A DNA stretch of 57,254 nucleotides from an uncultured virus (IMG/VR IMGVR_UViG_3300034374_009411) (Duplodnaviria > Heunggongvirae > Uroviricota > Caudoviricetes): the IMG/VR virus record IMGVR_UViG_3300034374_009411. One strand, written 5' to 3'. Shown one piece after another: positions 1 through 9,962 of the stretch. Below the pieces are notes generated by a model. That model did not search any database. It had not been told where the DNA came from and saw nothing but the letters and a program-made list of their open reading frames with translations. A program made the translations under genes and the position numbers. The stretch's first letter is position 1. Each line of letters opens with the position of its first letter.

Positions 1-142
1 GACCAGACTTAAGTTGCTCAAGTGCATCTGCAACCATCGTGAAGGACTTACCTGCCCCAGTGGGCATAACGATGATTCCTTTGCGAACTCGATCCATGAT
101 GGATCGTGCTTCTGCCTGTGTCGGTCGGAGGTTAAGGGTCAT
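1..142 (-). CDS. SF2 (DEAD/DEAH, ResIII-like) helicase, N-terminal part, runs off the window
   Basis: Not in the ORF track. Manual translation MTLNLRPTQAEARSIMDRVRKGIIVMPTGAGKSFTMVADAL has a Q-motif (LRPTQ) and Walker A (PTGAGKS). Confidence 0.85.
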   Translation of the reverse strand, partial: MTLNLRPTQAEARSIMDRVRKGIIVMPTGAGKSFTMVADALEQLKSG

Positions 143-162
143 GGGTCGTGTGCGTTGAACAT

Positions 163-196
163 ACTATACAGCAAAATCCCCCCGTTTGGGGGGGAT
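163..196 (-). terminator. Intrinsic terminator hairpin followed by a -10-like TATAGT for the helicase gene
   Basis: Minus strand ATCCCCCC-CAAAC-GGGGGGAT-TTT directly after the stop at 201; TATAGT at 163-168. Confidence 0.65.
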
Positions 197-200
197 GCGA

Positions 201-617
201 TCAATCCATAAATTGGTCTAATGTGATTGGTCCCATTGTACCATCAAAACGATAATGATATTCTAAAGCATTTGCACAAACATAATGATGATGGTCTGTT
301 GGGACACCCAACCTCCTACACAACTCCTTGTGGTTATCTTCCATGAGTTCAACTGCATAAAGCATGTTATTGAGCACATGCTCTTCAGAATGGTATTTTG
401 TCAGGACTTCAAACAGTTCAACTAAGAAGTTACCATCACCAGCACAGTTGTCGATAAAGGAAGATTCTGGATCTTTAAGAACTTTTTCTGGAAGATCACC
501 AATCATCTTCCGAATAAGTGCAGGAGGAGTAAATACCTCCTGCGTTTGCTTGATACGCTCATCTGAGCGTTCAAGTTTAGATCCATGCTCCTTGTTGTGA
601 CTGTTCTTAGATGACAT
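201..617 (-). CDS. Short N6-adenine/N4-cytosine DNA methyltransferase-like protein (SAM-binding half only)
   Basis: EVFTP (motif X), FIDNCAGDGNFL (motif I), LYAVEL (II), CANAL (III). Ends before any NPPY/DPPY motif IV. Start overlaps the upstream stop. Confidence 0.8.
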   Translation of the reverse strand: MSSKNSHNKEHGSKLERSDERIKQTQEVFTPPALIRKMIGDLPEKVLKDPESSFIDNCAGDGNFLVELFEVLTKYHSEEHVLNNMLYAVELMEDNHKELCRRLGVPTDHHHYVCANALEYHYRFDGTMGPITLDQFMD

Positions 618-3600
618 TCTTTTCCTCCAAATATTTTACCTCCTCTTCAGTAAAATTGAATTGATCAACAAGGTTGTTATAGTCCTTAATGTGAGGTACT
701 TCCGCATTCTTAATAGCAGCAGTATATCCCGCAGTTTTTTTATAGTTATCAATATAAAACTGAATGAGTTTATTATCAAAAATCTTACTAAGGGCATTCC
801 CCTCTTCTTCTGAAGTAATAGGACACCAAACATTAAGCATACCAACATATCCATTTGAGATAAACTTGTGCTTTTTGTACGTGCGGGAGTATCCTACAAT
901 AAACTTCAACACTTCACCAGTAGTAGGAATGACATTTGTACGAGCAATAAAATTACCAGATTGATAAACCTCATACTTACCATCAGGAACATATTCACTC
1001 TTGGCAATGTCCTGACCCATCTTCAAGGGAATGCGAGGATGCATTGAATTGGCAATTTTGTTGAGAATAGAATGCTTAAGTGCAGCATCTCCAATGAGAG
1101 GAAGACCATCTCGCAAATCCCAAGTAAAAGAACCATCATGAGTAATAACATGAGTTTTACCTTGATATGGTTCATTTGTAAGATGCCAACGGCAAATGGC
1201 AACACCTTCGACAAAATAATCATTTGCAGTATAATCGATCAGTTTTAGATTATACTTTGTAGAGAACAATTTAAGGAACTTCTTACCTTTACCAGTTGTA
1301 CCCAGAACAGAGGAAGGAGTAACCTCACACATGTCTCCACCAGGAGCAGTAAGTTCAAGATGTTGCTCTACAATAATTGGCCAAAGTTTATTGTTTTTTG
1401 CCTTCTTAGTGGGATCTTTATAGGGTGGATTAGCAATAATAGCAGTGAACTTCATATCAGGATTCGAATCAACAATATCTACAACATCATTTATATATTT
1501 TACACGATTACGGTGACTATCACAACTCTCCCAAACAGTAATACTATTTGGATCCAGGTCCCTTTCAAGAAGGCGAGCAGTATGAGATCCACTAGGATCT
1601 CCAAACATATAAATTTTAGATAGATCTTTACAATCATCAAGCATAGAATCCAAAAGATCTGTGGGAATATGCCTTTGCATTTGTGAAGACACACTGTACT
1701 TATCTAATGTTTTTGCCTTAGACTCTTTAAACTGCATTTTTATAGAAGAACTAAGCATCAGGATTTTGCCATTGATTGCATTCTTACCACTAGGATTTTT
1801 GGCAATAACTTTTTCAAGAATTTTATAATGATCGCTAGTAATATTTTTATAAACTTCAGTTTCAATAATAGAGTTAATTGTACACACTTTAATGTCTTCA
1901 GAAATAAGATAAGTCATAACAAGAGGAATAGACTCTAAAAGTGCCTTAACCGTCTTTACCCGTTGTGTTTCTGGATTGTCCGATTTTTCTTTATTTTCTT
2001 TTTGCCTGGATTCACAACTTTTATTATTAACACCCACATTATTAGTATTAAGTTGACTGTTATCAATCTCATCGATTAGATTTGTTTCCAAAGCAAAATC
2101 GGAAAAATCAATATCATTAAGATCAAGTCTACTTACAATATTAGCAAAACTAGAATTTGTATCATCACAAATTGTACACAAAATTTCATCAATCTTATTC
2201 TGATCTAATTGGATAAACCCATTCATCCAATCATTAATACTATCAACAAAGTCTAGCATTTCATATTGTGCCAATTCTGGTTCAATATCAGTTGCTTTTT
2301 GATAGGATTCGCAAATAACACGAAGTCCACGTTCTGCATCAAAATCAATAACATCCCAATCATGATCTGCAGATCCTCCACGAAAAGAAAATTGCTCCCA
2401 AAACTCTTTTGATTCTCCTCCACGGCAATTGATAACAGTATCAATGTATTTGCAAGTCATACCAAGAACATTAGCACTACATGTAAGAATAAGTGCTTTA
2501 GAATTGCGGGCACAAAAATTATTGATCGTATCTTGATCTTCATTAGTATCTCCAGTAACCACAAGAGTTGGAATGTAACATTCTACAATTTTTTTAAAGG
2601 CATGACACTCACCAACTCCTTTCATCGCCATCATTTGATAGTTACCTTGAAACAAACGATTATTAAGTCGAAGTCTAGATGTTTCTGGTCCATAAAATTT
2701 TACAGCGTAAGCACGAGGAAGAGAATCATAAAGAAACTCAGAATCTTTTCCTTTTTTCTTTTCTTTCAGAGTAAAAATATTACTCATGGCATCTGGATCA
2801 TCACCAAAAATCTTTTTATATTCTTCACATTCATACTTAGCAAAATGAATCCTCATCTTAGGACGAGGTTTTTCAAAAAGTCCCTTACGAACATCCAATT
2901 GCTCATGCCAATACGAATATACAAAACTATTTTCATTGTTAAAATCAGGAGACAGTTTATCTGCTGTGCCAGTGATTAAAAGAAGTTTAACTGTCTCACC
3001 ATTGGCAGCATTGAGTTTTTCATGCACAGTTGTAAATTGTTCTGCCCTACCACCAACATGTGCCTCATCAAGTGCAATGAAGTCAATTTTATAGTTACAA
3101 ATGGTATTAATACGATTAGAGATGCTTTGAACTGTTCCCCAAAGAACAATATTTACACCATCATGTTCCATCCAGAACTCAAGTTCCTCTTCCCATTTAC
3201 TGTCTTGAACATTAATAAGTTTAACAGATGGAAAATATTCTTGATCATCAATCCAACCTTCTTCTGGAGAAGTTGTCCGACAACAAAGAAGAGTCAACTT
3301 ATAATTAGCACTTACGATATGACTGAGTGTCATGATACATTTCCCAGAACGACATTTAGCGTTCAGGAGAAACTCTTTCCAAATTTCCCATGCAGATTTA
3401 ATTTTTACAAGAAATTTTTCTTGAAAATGCATAAGATTGAGTTCTTTTGCAGGTTCAACAAAAACTTCATCAAATAATTTACGAACAATAAAAGAACAAG
3501 TTTGCACAATTTGATCTACAGAATACCCAGTGAGAATAAAACATTCATTTGACCCCCTACCAGGATTTGAAACGCAATTTGGGAACAATTTAAGATCTTT

Positions 3601-3858
3601 ATGACATTTTTTATCACAACCAGATCCAGTTGCAGAAATTCCAAACCAAAAAGTTGTATGTTTTTCACCAATAAGATTCCAATATCCAATGAGTTTTGTA
3701 TACTCTACATCATTATGCCGCTTTTCTTTCCTAGAATCTTTAGTTTGTCCAAAAAAGAATGCTTTACTATCCAAATTAATTAGCAAATAAATCCAAGTAT
3801 TAATCTTGCCACCACTAAGGTCAAACTCTGTTTGATTTTGAAGAAGAGAAGTAATCAC
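607..3858 (-). CDS. Type IIG/ISP-like restriction-modification fusion: GIY-YIG-like domain + SF2 helicase + N6-adenine MTase/TRD
   Basis: N-terminal WIYLL..FFGQT..R; Walker A variant NAKCRSGK; DEAH; ITGT; QFSFRGGS; IANPPY followed by an Eco57I-like region. Start moved to GTG 3858 because the track start (3912) lies in a terminator/promoter; the start is uncertain. Confidence 0.75.
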   Translation of the reverse strand: MITSLLQNQTEFDLSGGKINTWIYLLINLDSKAFFFGQTKDSRKEKRHNDVEYTKLIGYWNLIGEKHTTFWFGISATGSGCDKKCHKDLKLFPNCVSNPGRGSNECFILTGYSVDQIVQTCSFIVRKLFDEVFVEPAKELNLMHFQEKFLVKIKSAWEIWKEFLLNAKCRSGKCIMTLSHIVSANYKLTLLCCRTTSPEEGWIDDQEYFPSVKLINVQDSKWEEELEFWMEHDGVNIVLWGTVQSISNRINTICNYKIDFIALDEAHVGGRAEQFTTVHEKLNAANGETVKLLLITGTADKLSPDFNNENSFVYSYWHEQLDVRKGLFEKPRPKMRIHFAKYECEEYKKIFGDDPDAMSNIFTLKEKKKGKDSEFLYDSLPRAYAVKFYGPETSRLRLNNRLFQGNYQMMAMKGVGECHAFKKIVECYIPTLVVTGDTNEDQDTINNFCARNSKALILTCSANVLGMTCKYIDTVINCRGGESKEFWEQFSFRGGSADHDWDVIDFDAERGLRVICESYQKATDIEPELAQYEMLDFVDSINDWMNGFIQLDQNKIDEILCTICDDTNSSFANIVSRLDLNDIDFSDFALETNLIDEIDNSQLNTNNVGVNNKSCESRQKENKEKSDNPETQRVKTVKALLESIPLVMTYLISEDIKVCTINSIIETEVYKNITSDHYKILEKVIAKNPSGKNAINGKILMLSSSIKMQFKESKAKTLDKYSVSSQMQRHIPTDLLDSMLDDCKDLSKIYMFGDPSGSHTARLLERDLDPNSITVWESCDSHRNRVKYINDVVDIVDSNPDMKFTAIIANPPYKDPTKKAKNNKLWPIIVEQHLELTAPGGDMCEVTPSSVLGTTGKGKKFLKLFSTKYNLKLIDYTANDYFVEGVAICRWHLTNEPYQGKTHVITHDGSFTWDLRDGLPLIGDAALKHSILNKIANSMHPRIPLKMGQDIAKSEYVPDGKYEVYQSGNFIARTNVIPTTGEVLKFIVGYSRTYKKHKFISNGYVGMLNVWCPITSEEEGNALSKIFDNKLIQFYIDNYKKTAGYTAAIKNAEVPHIKDYNNLVDQFNFTEEEVKYLEEKNVI

Positions 3859-3882
3859 AAGAGAATGATTCAGAACACCGTC

Positions 3883-3919
3883 ACTATAACCCATAAAAAA
3901 GGGGGGTGTCAACCCCCCT
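3883..3919 (-). terminator. Intrinsic terminator whose loop is a TTGACA -35 box (promoter for the RM-like gene)
   Basis: AGGGGGG-TTGACA-CCCCCCT-TTTTT, then TATAGT at 3883-3888 (18-nt spacer). Confidence 0.75.
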
Positions 3920-3927
3920 GTTCCACC

Positions 3928-6900
3928 TCAAAGACTGTCCAATCGCGCCTTGAGTTCATTGATTTGCTCTTGTTGCTCCTTGATTGCCTCAATTAAGACA
4001 GCAACCATGTTCTGATATGCAACAGACTTGACACCATCTGGTCCCTCATGTATCACTTCTGGAAGAATCTTCTCAACTTCTTGTGCAATAACACCAATCT
4101 CACGTTCTGGTTGACCAATACGATTGAAGTATACACCTCTCATACCAAGAACCTTACTGAGAGCATTGCCAATTCCAACAACATTCTCCTTCAATCTAGC
4201 ATCAGAATTTGCAGTAACTGATTGTGCAAATATAGCAGTACCAGTATGGGTAATTCTGAATCTTTCTGTAGCTACTCCAGCACCCGAAGATTGAGTACCA
4301 AAAGATATTCCAAATTGTCCAGCAGAACCTTCAGATACGCCTTTAATGAATCCCCTAATTCCATCATTACCAACATCATTACCTTCAAATTGAAGTCCAC
4401 CGTAGAAATATGCTGATGTCAGTGCCGTATCTGTTTGCCTAAACGTTATATATTGTCCAGGTTCATTAAGTGCTCCACTTATCAGTGGATTGGTAGTTAC
4501 AATAACCTCATTTACAAATGTCGAGACACCTGTATGATTTGTGGTATTAAAATTAACCTGTTGATTAAATGTACTAATACCAGTCTCAACAATCCAACCA
4601 TTAGGAATGTTCCAAGTTAGAGAATCAGTTCTAAACTCTACATTATTCTCAAACAATACAGGACCACTTGCATATAGAGAATACCCTGGTTTTGCAGATG
4701 TAGTTTCAATACCAACATTTGTTGTAGTAGAGATTCCTACCCCATCAAATACCCAAACATCAGAGACGTTTGCTAATCCAGAACCATCACCTCTAAAAGT
4801 ACCACTCCAAAGACCAACATAATAGTTATCAGAAGTCGATTTTATTGGACCAAATTCATTCCAATTATTGTCTTCAGTGTATACCCATCCAAAAGTTCCA
4901 CCAGATTGTGGTTCTGCATTTATTTTAGAATCACCAATATTACCAGCAATCTCTGGTGTTCCAACACCTACACTTATTTCCCTAGCAATTGTTTCTTCAC
5001 CTTGAATAAGAATACTATTACTTTCAATTGCATCATTGATCGTTACTTTTTCATTAAAAATAGCTGGTCCATTAAATTCTGAGATAATATTATTATCTTT
5101 ACCACCATCTACTTTAATTCCTCTATTAACAGTTAATTGTTCTGTGGATAAAATATCATATCCAACTGAAGAATTATCACTGGTTATATCTTCACCTCTA
5201 ACGGTAGGAACAGGTGCATTAGTAAGTAAATCAACACCAGTAGAACCACTAGTAAACTTATTGACCGTATATGCATTTCCCTTATCATCTAGTCCATTGT
5301 AGAATGGAGTACCACCATTAATAGCAGATGATTGAGATAGAATCCTCTCAATATTCTTAAATTGTCTATCTTGTCTAGAAGGAAGAGCAGTAGAGTAGTT
5401 TCCAGGACCATATCCAAGATATTCAAAAGTATGACCAGATGCACGAATAATAGAATTTCTTCTAAGTTCAGTTGGTATAAATTTAACTCTTCTAATTACA
5501 GATCCTACTGGGTGAGTTTCTTTTCTTGTCCCAAAAAGTCCACGGAATACACTCAAAGAATTGTCATTTAGAACACTTTGATTAATACGCATTATCTCTT
5601 TATTGACAATAATATAGTCACCAACGTTCCAACCTCTATGAGTTGCATTAGTCACTGCAATAGTGTTAATTGCAGGATCGTCCAATAAAATAGTTGAAGT
5701 AGTGGTTATGCCAGCATATCTTGCAACAAGTCTTGATGAATCATATTCTCTATCAAAATCAATAATATCTTTTTGGTCATCAAAACCTACAGGATAGATA
5801 TATCCACCTTGAGCTGGTGATAGTACAGTATTTCCTGCTCCAGCAACAACATTAATAGTATTATTGTCAATTACACTTCTAACATAATAAGTTCTATTAT
5901 ATTGACCAACTAACTCCACATCACTCACAACTATCTTATTACCAGCAGACAATCCATGAGAATTGAATGTTGTTATAGTTGTAATTCCTGTTACATTATT
6001 ATAATATGTTGAATTGATTCCAATAGATGCTCCAGTTTGATACAAAGTAACATCAGAAAGAATCGCTGAATTGATAGCATTCAATCCATTAGTATTGATT
6101 CCACTTATGACTTCAGGAGTTCCATAATCAGGTTTGGAATAAATTGTAGTCGCAGAAGAAACATTTACAATATGATCATTTCCATTTACTACCGAAGTAA
6201 TTCTGTATAGATTGTTATATTCAGAGAATCTAGAATCTCGTATTCCCTCTATTCTAAGTACATCACCAACATTATTATAAATTTGATCTACTTGAACATA
6301 TCCAGCAACCCAACCAGTTGTAGTTCCAACACCGACTACCGTGAGTGTATTACCTATACCATAAGCAGATCCACCATCTACTATTTTAACATCAGTAATA
6401 CTTCCATTTACATCAACCTCCACATTTGCTGTTGCATGTTTACCAACAACAGATCCAGCAGATCCAACTAAAGTTGCATTATATAAAACTTGAACACCCC
6501 CAGATCCATCACCATAATTAAGTCCTGGATTAATAACAGATACTTTAGTAACTGGATTTAATCCATGATCTGGTTTTGTGGTAATAGTATGAGATGTTCC
6601 AGATTGAGAATGTATATCTAATATACCAATATTATAATTAAAAGAACTAATTTTATTTTCAATGACTTCTCTAGTCAAACTATGTTGAGGATCATCAATC
6701 TCAGTTAATCCAATTGGAGAAGGTAGTGCAAAAGTTCTAGTTTTGTCTGGATTATTTTCTGGATTGTCTCTGTCTAGTTGAGGATATAAGTTTTTTAATG
6801 GTTGGGAGAACTTTAAATCTGTAAATGGATTTACTGTAGGTGAACTAGAAGAATCAATTATAGTTAAATGGTATACACCATCTCTAGAACCTGGAATATA

Positions 6901-9744
6901 GTCTTGTATTTCTTCTGTCTTATAAATCCAGAATGTTTTATTTAATTCTTTTGTTTTAAAATTAGGTAAATCTAGATTTCTTATATTAATAGGAGATCTA
7001 AACAATCCAGTATTAGTGGTTATACCAATACTAAAGGACTTTCTTGTTGGTGTATCTAATACTTCATAAACACCATTATATCCAGTATTAGCAATTCCAG
7101 TAGTATTTTCGGTAGAAATAATATTTTGAATTTCTACTTTAGATCCAATAGATAATGAGTGAGGAATATCTGTATATACTGTCGCAACTCCAACACTAGA
7201 ATCATGAACTGCATTACTAATAAATTTTGGATTCCTAAGTTCTGAAGTATTGCTCAAAGTTACTGATCCAATATTCATGAATTTTGCAACTTCCGAATCA
7301 CTAAACCCAGTAGTTGTGTTTGACTCTTGAATAACAAAAGAATCCTCAGGAGGTCTAGCAGTAACAGTACTGTCCTTAGGTATTACATATCTTACCTTAT
7401 AAATTTTACTATCTAAAGATCTATTGTCTGGTGTTCTAGAAATATATGATTTTGAGGTTGCTTTACCTAGAGCAGGAAATCCTAGTCCTACAATAGTGCT
7501 GTAAATATCATTTTCAGTAGAACTTACAGTAACATACCACTGACCTCTAGATTCATCATATTGGATTGGATGACCAATATCTCCAGATTTTTTATCAGAA
7601 ACTCTAGATTCTATTCTTAAAATTCCACCTTTGTTATTAACAGTTATAGAAGATTCACTAGTGCTATCATCAAGTGTTCTTGCTAACTTAATTTGATCTG
7701 TATTAATACCAGATGTAATAGCATAATATACATTATTATTAGAGATTCCATCAGGAAGTTCACCATCATCACTTAAAATACGAATAGTTTCTCCAGTATC
7801 AAATAAATGAGGTTCTGTTAAAGTAAGAATATTTGAACTTATACTATTAATACCAATATTAGTTCTTCCAACCGTTGATACTTTAATAGAACTAGACTCA
7901 AATATGCCAGATCCTTGAGTATCTGGCATTATTATTTTGGCAAGTCTTTCCTGATTAGCAATTACAACTTTAAGTTTATCATTAAACTTAGATCCTATTC
8001 TATATCCCTCAATGACAGATTTTGGTGGTATATCTTGGTTTAACTCATTATAAAGGTATAACCTAGTAGGATCTGCCTGTCCTATTGTGCTCTCAACATC
8101 AATTGCACCATATTCAACAGTTACTTCTTCAGAATCTATTGTTTGTGGGGGCAAAATATGGGTAATATATCCAGTATCGTCCCTTGGGAATGCATCTCTC
8201 CTAAAACCTTTACAAACTAAAGCTTTTGCACCAAAGTTTGAGTTTGAGTTTGTAATTGATAGGTCACCACCAGACTCAGAAATATAATGATTACCGAATC
8301 CAATTGAGAATACAGATACTAACTGTAAGAATGCATTATTAGATGCTTTAATATGGAACGTATCATAATCTGGTTTATATATTGCTAGAGAATTTGTATG
8401 TAAATTTGTTACACTAACAGAATCCTCATATGCACCAGAAATAGAATTATATTTTACAAAGGCATTATCATCTTTTTGAAGTCCAATTGCAGTAAATTGT
8501 GCAACAACCATGGATCTAAATCCATCAGCTTTAGATCCATCTGCATGTAGACCATTCATACCATAAACTGATCTCAATGAACAGTTAAAGATATATGGAG
8601 AAGCAGAAGTTACAGTATCTACAGTAATGTTTAATGTTGGTGATCCAGAAATAATTGTTGGTAAAGGATCTACTGGTGGGTTTGATACCCTATATGTAAT
8701 TGTTGTTGGATCTTCAACACTTCTAATAACAAAAGAACCATTATACCCAGATGCTGGAATTCCTTCGATTCTTATTGGAGTATCTACATCAAGACCATTA
8801 ATAGGTTCTAAAATATCTACTGTAATTACATTTGATGTGTTAACACCATCACCAGATTTAATGCTAGTTATACCGATATTTTGTCCCGTTGAACCAACAA
8901 TACGATATTCATCAATTTTTGACTGAATATCAACATTAGCACTTGGAAATACTGGTGTAATTTCTCTTCCGCTAGAAGGACCATAAACTAGAGCAATTTT
9001 TTCATAATATAAATCTAGGTCAGTTTTTGTTGTATTATAATTTAAATCATCATTATCAAATCCTACAGGATTAACACCATCAGCATATTCAAAACAAGTA
9101 AGCTTATGGTGAGAATAATTTGGTACTGATAGATTCAATCCATAGTTTTTATATACTACACTATTTGGATCAGCATCAAAGAAAGTAAATTGATTAAAGT
9201 AACAAGTTCCTGTTACCCTAAACAAACAAGTTGAATCAACAGAATCATCCTCTGGATCGGGAACAAATTTGGGTCTGATTTTTGTTTTACGAAGATCCAA
9301 TCCAACAATAGATGTTCCACGAGGAATAATTACTCCACCGTAAACAGAATTCATTTTATAGAGAGAATTATTCTCGCTATTTACATCAAAATTAGTTTCT
9401 AAATTAAATCCTTCAAGAGCATTTGAATAAGATCCTCCTCTAGTTAACCAATTATTCCCACTAACAGGAGCATCATGAATGGGTATCCATCCAGGTCTAT
9501 TATCAATTAAATGCTCACCTGGGTAAACAATAATTGTTGTTCTACTAAACCTATCATTATCTAAACCAACTTGATAAGAAAATCTGGCAGCTTCAATTAA
9601 TGCCCTTTGAATTGTCTTAAAAGGTCTAACCAAAGAGTTACCTTGATTTTCAATACTATCTGTGGAATCAATACTTGAGGGATCTACGTAAAGAATGTCC
9701 CCTCTACTATTCTTTAGAAAATTATCTAAGCGACTAAGACCCAT
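3928..9744 (-). CDS. Large virion structural protein / tail fibre with C-terminal peptidase S74 intramolecular chaperone
   Basis: N-terminus MGLSRLDNFLKN..YVDP..PFKTIQRALIEAARFSY typical of cyanomyovirus fibre/structural proteins; C-terminal SDARLKEN..GVIAQEV..SVAY..LIEAIKE. Confidence 0.85.
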   Translation of the reverse strand: MGLSRLDNFLKNSRGDILYVDPSSIDSTDSIENQGNSLVRPFKTIQRALIEAARFSYQVGLDNDRFSRTTIIVYPGEHLIDNRPGWIPIHDAPVSGNNWLTRGGSYSNALEGFNLETNFDVNSENNSLYKMNSVYGGVIIPRGTSIVGLDLRKTKIRPKFVPDPEDDSVDSTCLFRVTGTCYFNQFTFFDADPNSVVYKNYGLNLSVPNYSHHKLTCFEYADGVNPVGFDNDDLNYNTTKTDLDLYYEKIALVYGPSSGREITPVFPSANVDIQSKIDEYRIVGSTGQNIGITSIKSGDGVNTSNVITVDILEPINGLDVDTPIRIEGIPASGYNGSFVIRSVEDPTTITYRVSNPPVDPLPTIISGSPTLNITVDTVTSASPYIFNCSLRSVYGMNGLHADGSKADGFRSMVVAQFTAIGLQKDDNAFVKYNSISGAYEDSVSVTNLHTNSLAIYKPDYDTFHIKASNNAFLQLVSVFSIGFGNHYISESGGDLSITNSNSNFGAKALVCKGFRRDAFPRDDTGYITHILPPQTIDSEEVTVEYGAIDVESTIGQADPTRLYLYNELNQDIPPKSVIEGYRIGSKFNDKLKVVIANQERLAKIIMPDTQGSGIFESSSIKVSTVGRTNIGINSISSNILTLTEPHLFDTGETIRILSDDGELPDGISNNNVYYAITSGINTDQIKLARTLDDSTSESSITVNNKGGILRIESRVSDKKSGDIGHPIQYDESRGQWYVTVSSTENDIYSTIVGLGFPALGKATSKSYISRTPDNRSLDSKIYKVRYVIPKDSTVTARPPEDSFVIQESNTTTGFSDSEVAKFMNIGSVTLSNTSELRNPKFISNAVHDSSVGVATVYTDIPHSLSIGSKVEIQNIISTENTTGIANTGYNGVYEVLDTPTRKSFSIGITTNTGLFRSPINIRNLDLPNFKTKELNKTFWIYKTEEIQDYIPGSRDGVYHLTIIDSSSSPTVNPFTDLKFSQPLKNLYPQLDRDNPENNPDKTRTFALPSPIGLTEIDDPQHSLTREVIENKISSFNYNIGILDIHSQSGTSHTITTKPDHGLNPVTKVSVINPGLNYGDGSGGVQVLYNATLVGSAGSVVGKHATANVEVDVNGSITDVKIVDGGSAYGIGNTLTVVGVGTTTGWVAGYVQVDQIYNNVGDVLRIEGIRDSRFSEYNNLYRITSVVNGNDHIVNVSSATTIYSKPDYGTPEVISGINTNGLNAINSAILSDVTLYQTGASIGINSTYYNNVTGITTITTFNSHGLSAGNKIVVSDVELVGQYNRTYYVRSVIDNNTINVVAGAGNTVLSPAQGGYIYPVGFDDQKDIIDFDREYDSSRLVARYAGITTTSTILLDDPAINTIAVTNATHRGWNVGDYIIVNKEIMRINQSVLNDNSLSVFRGLFGTRKETHPVGSVIRRVKFIPTELRRNSIIRASGHTFEYLGYGPGNYSTALPSRQDRQFKNIERILSQSSAINGGTPFYNGLDDKGNAYTVNKFTSGSTGVDLLTNAPVPTVRGEDITSDNSSVGYDILSTEQLTVNRGIKVDGGKDNNIISEFNGPAIFNEKVTINDAIESNSILIQGEETIAREISVGVGTPEIAGNIGDSKINAEPQSGGTFGWVYTEDNNWNEFGPIKSTSDNYYVGLWSGTFRGDGSGLANVSDVWVFDGVGISTTTNVGIETTSAKPGYSLYASGPVLFENNVEFRTDSLTWNIPNGWIVETGISTFNQQVNFNTTNHTGVSTFVNEVIVTTNPLISGALNEPGQYITFRQTDTALTSAYFYGGLQFEGNDVGNDGIRGFIKGVSEGSAGQFGISFGTQSSGAGVATERFRITHTGTAIFAQSVTANSDARLKENVVGIGNALSKVLGMRGVYFNRIGQPEREIGVIAQEVEKILPEVIHEGPDGVKSVAYQNMVAVLIEAIKEQQEQINELKARLDSL

Positions 9745-9774
9745 TTTTATACACTAGTTGCTGTTATTATAATT

Positions 9775-9782
9775 TATTTATT
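9775..9782 (-). promoter_or_regulatory. T4-type late promoter (AATAAATA)
   Basis: NATAAATA about 30 nt upstream of the structural gene ATG at 9744. Confidence 0.6.
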
Positions 9783-9791
9783 CATAAGAAA

Positions 9792-9962
9792 CTACTGATT
9801 ATTATTTTCTAACATATATTCTACAGTGTTTGCAATATCATTCATTGCATCTCTTAAATCTGGTCTTTGTCCAGATTCTTGGCGATTTATTGGTCTCTTA
9901 TCATCACTAAGAGTCCAACGCCACATTTTCATGCCACTACAATACCAGAGTTTAATGTTCAT
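9792..9962 (-). CDS. Small cyanophage hypothetical protein (56 aa)
   Basis: Manual: MNIKLWYCSGMKMWRWTLSDDKRPINRQESGQRPDLRDAMNDIANTVEYMLENNNQ; fills the gap and overlaps the upstream stop. Confidence 0.7.
   Translation of the reverse strand: MNIKLWYCSGMKMWRWTLSDDKRPINRQESGQRPDLRDAMNDIANTVEYMLENNNQ

Noticed and set aside
14..211. Plus-strand 65-aa ORF
   Set aside because: Antisense to a clear helicase start on the minus strand and crosses a terminator.
3859..3912. N-terminal extension MTPPFFMGYS of the RM-like ORF
   Set aside because: The TTG start is the -35 box in a terminator loop and lies upstream of the predicted transcription start.
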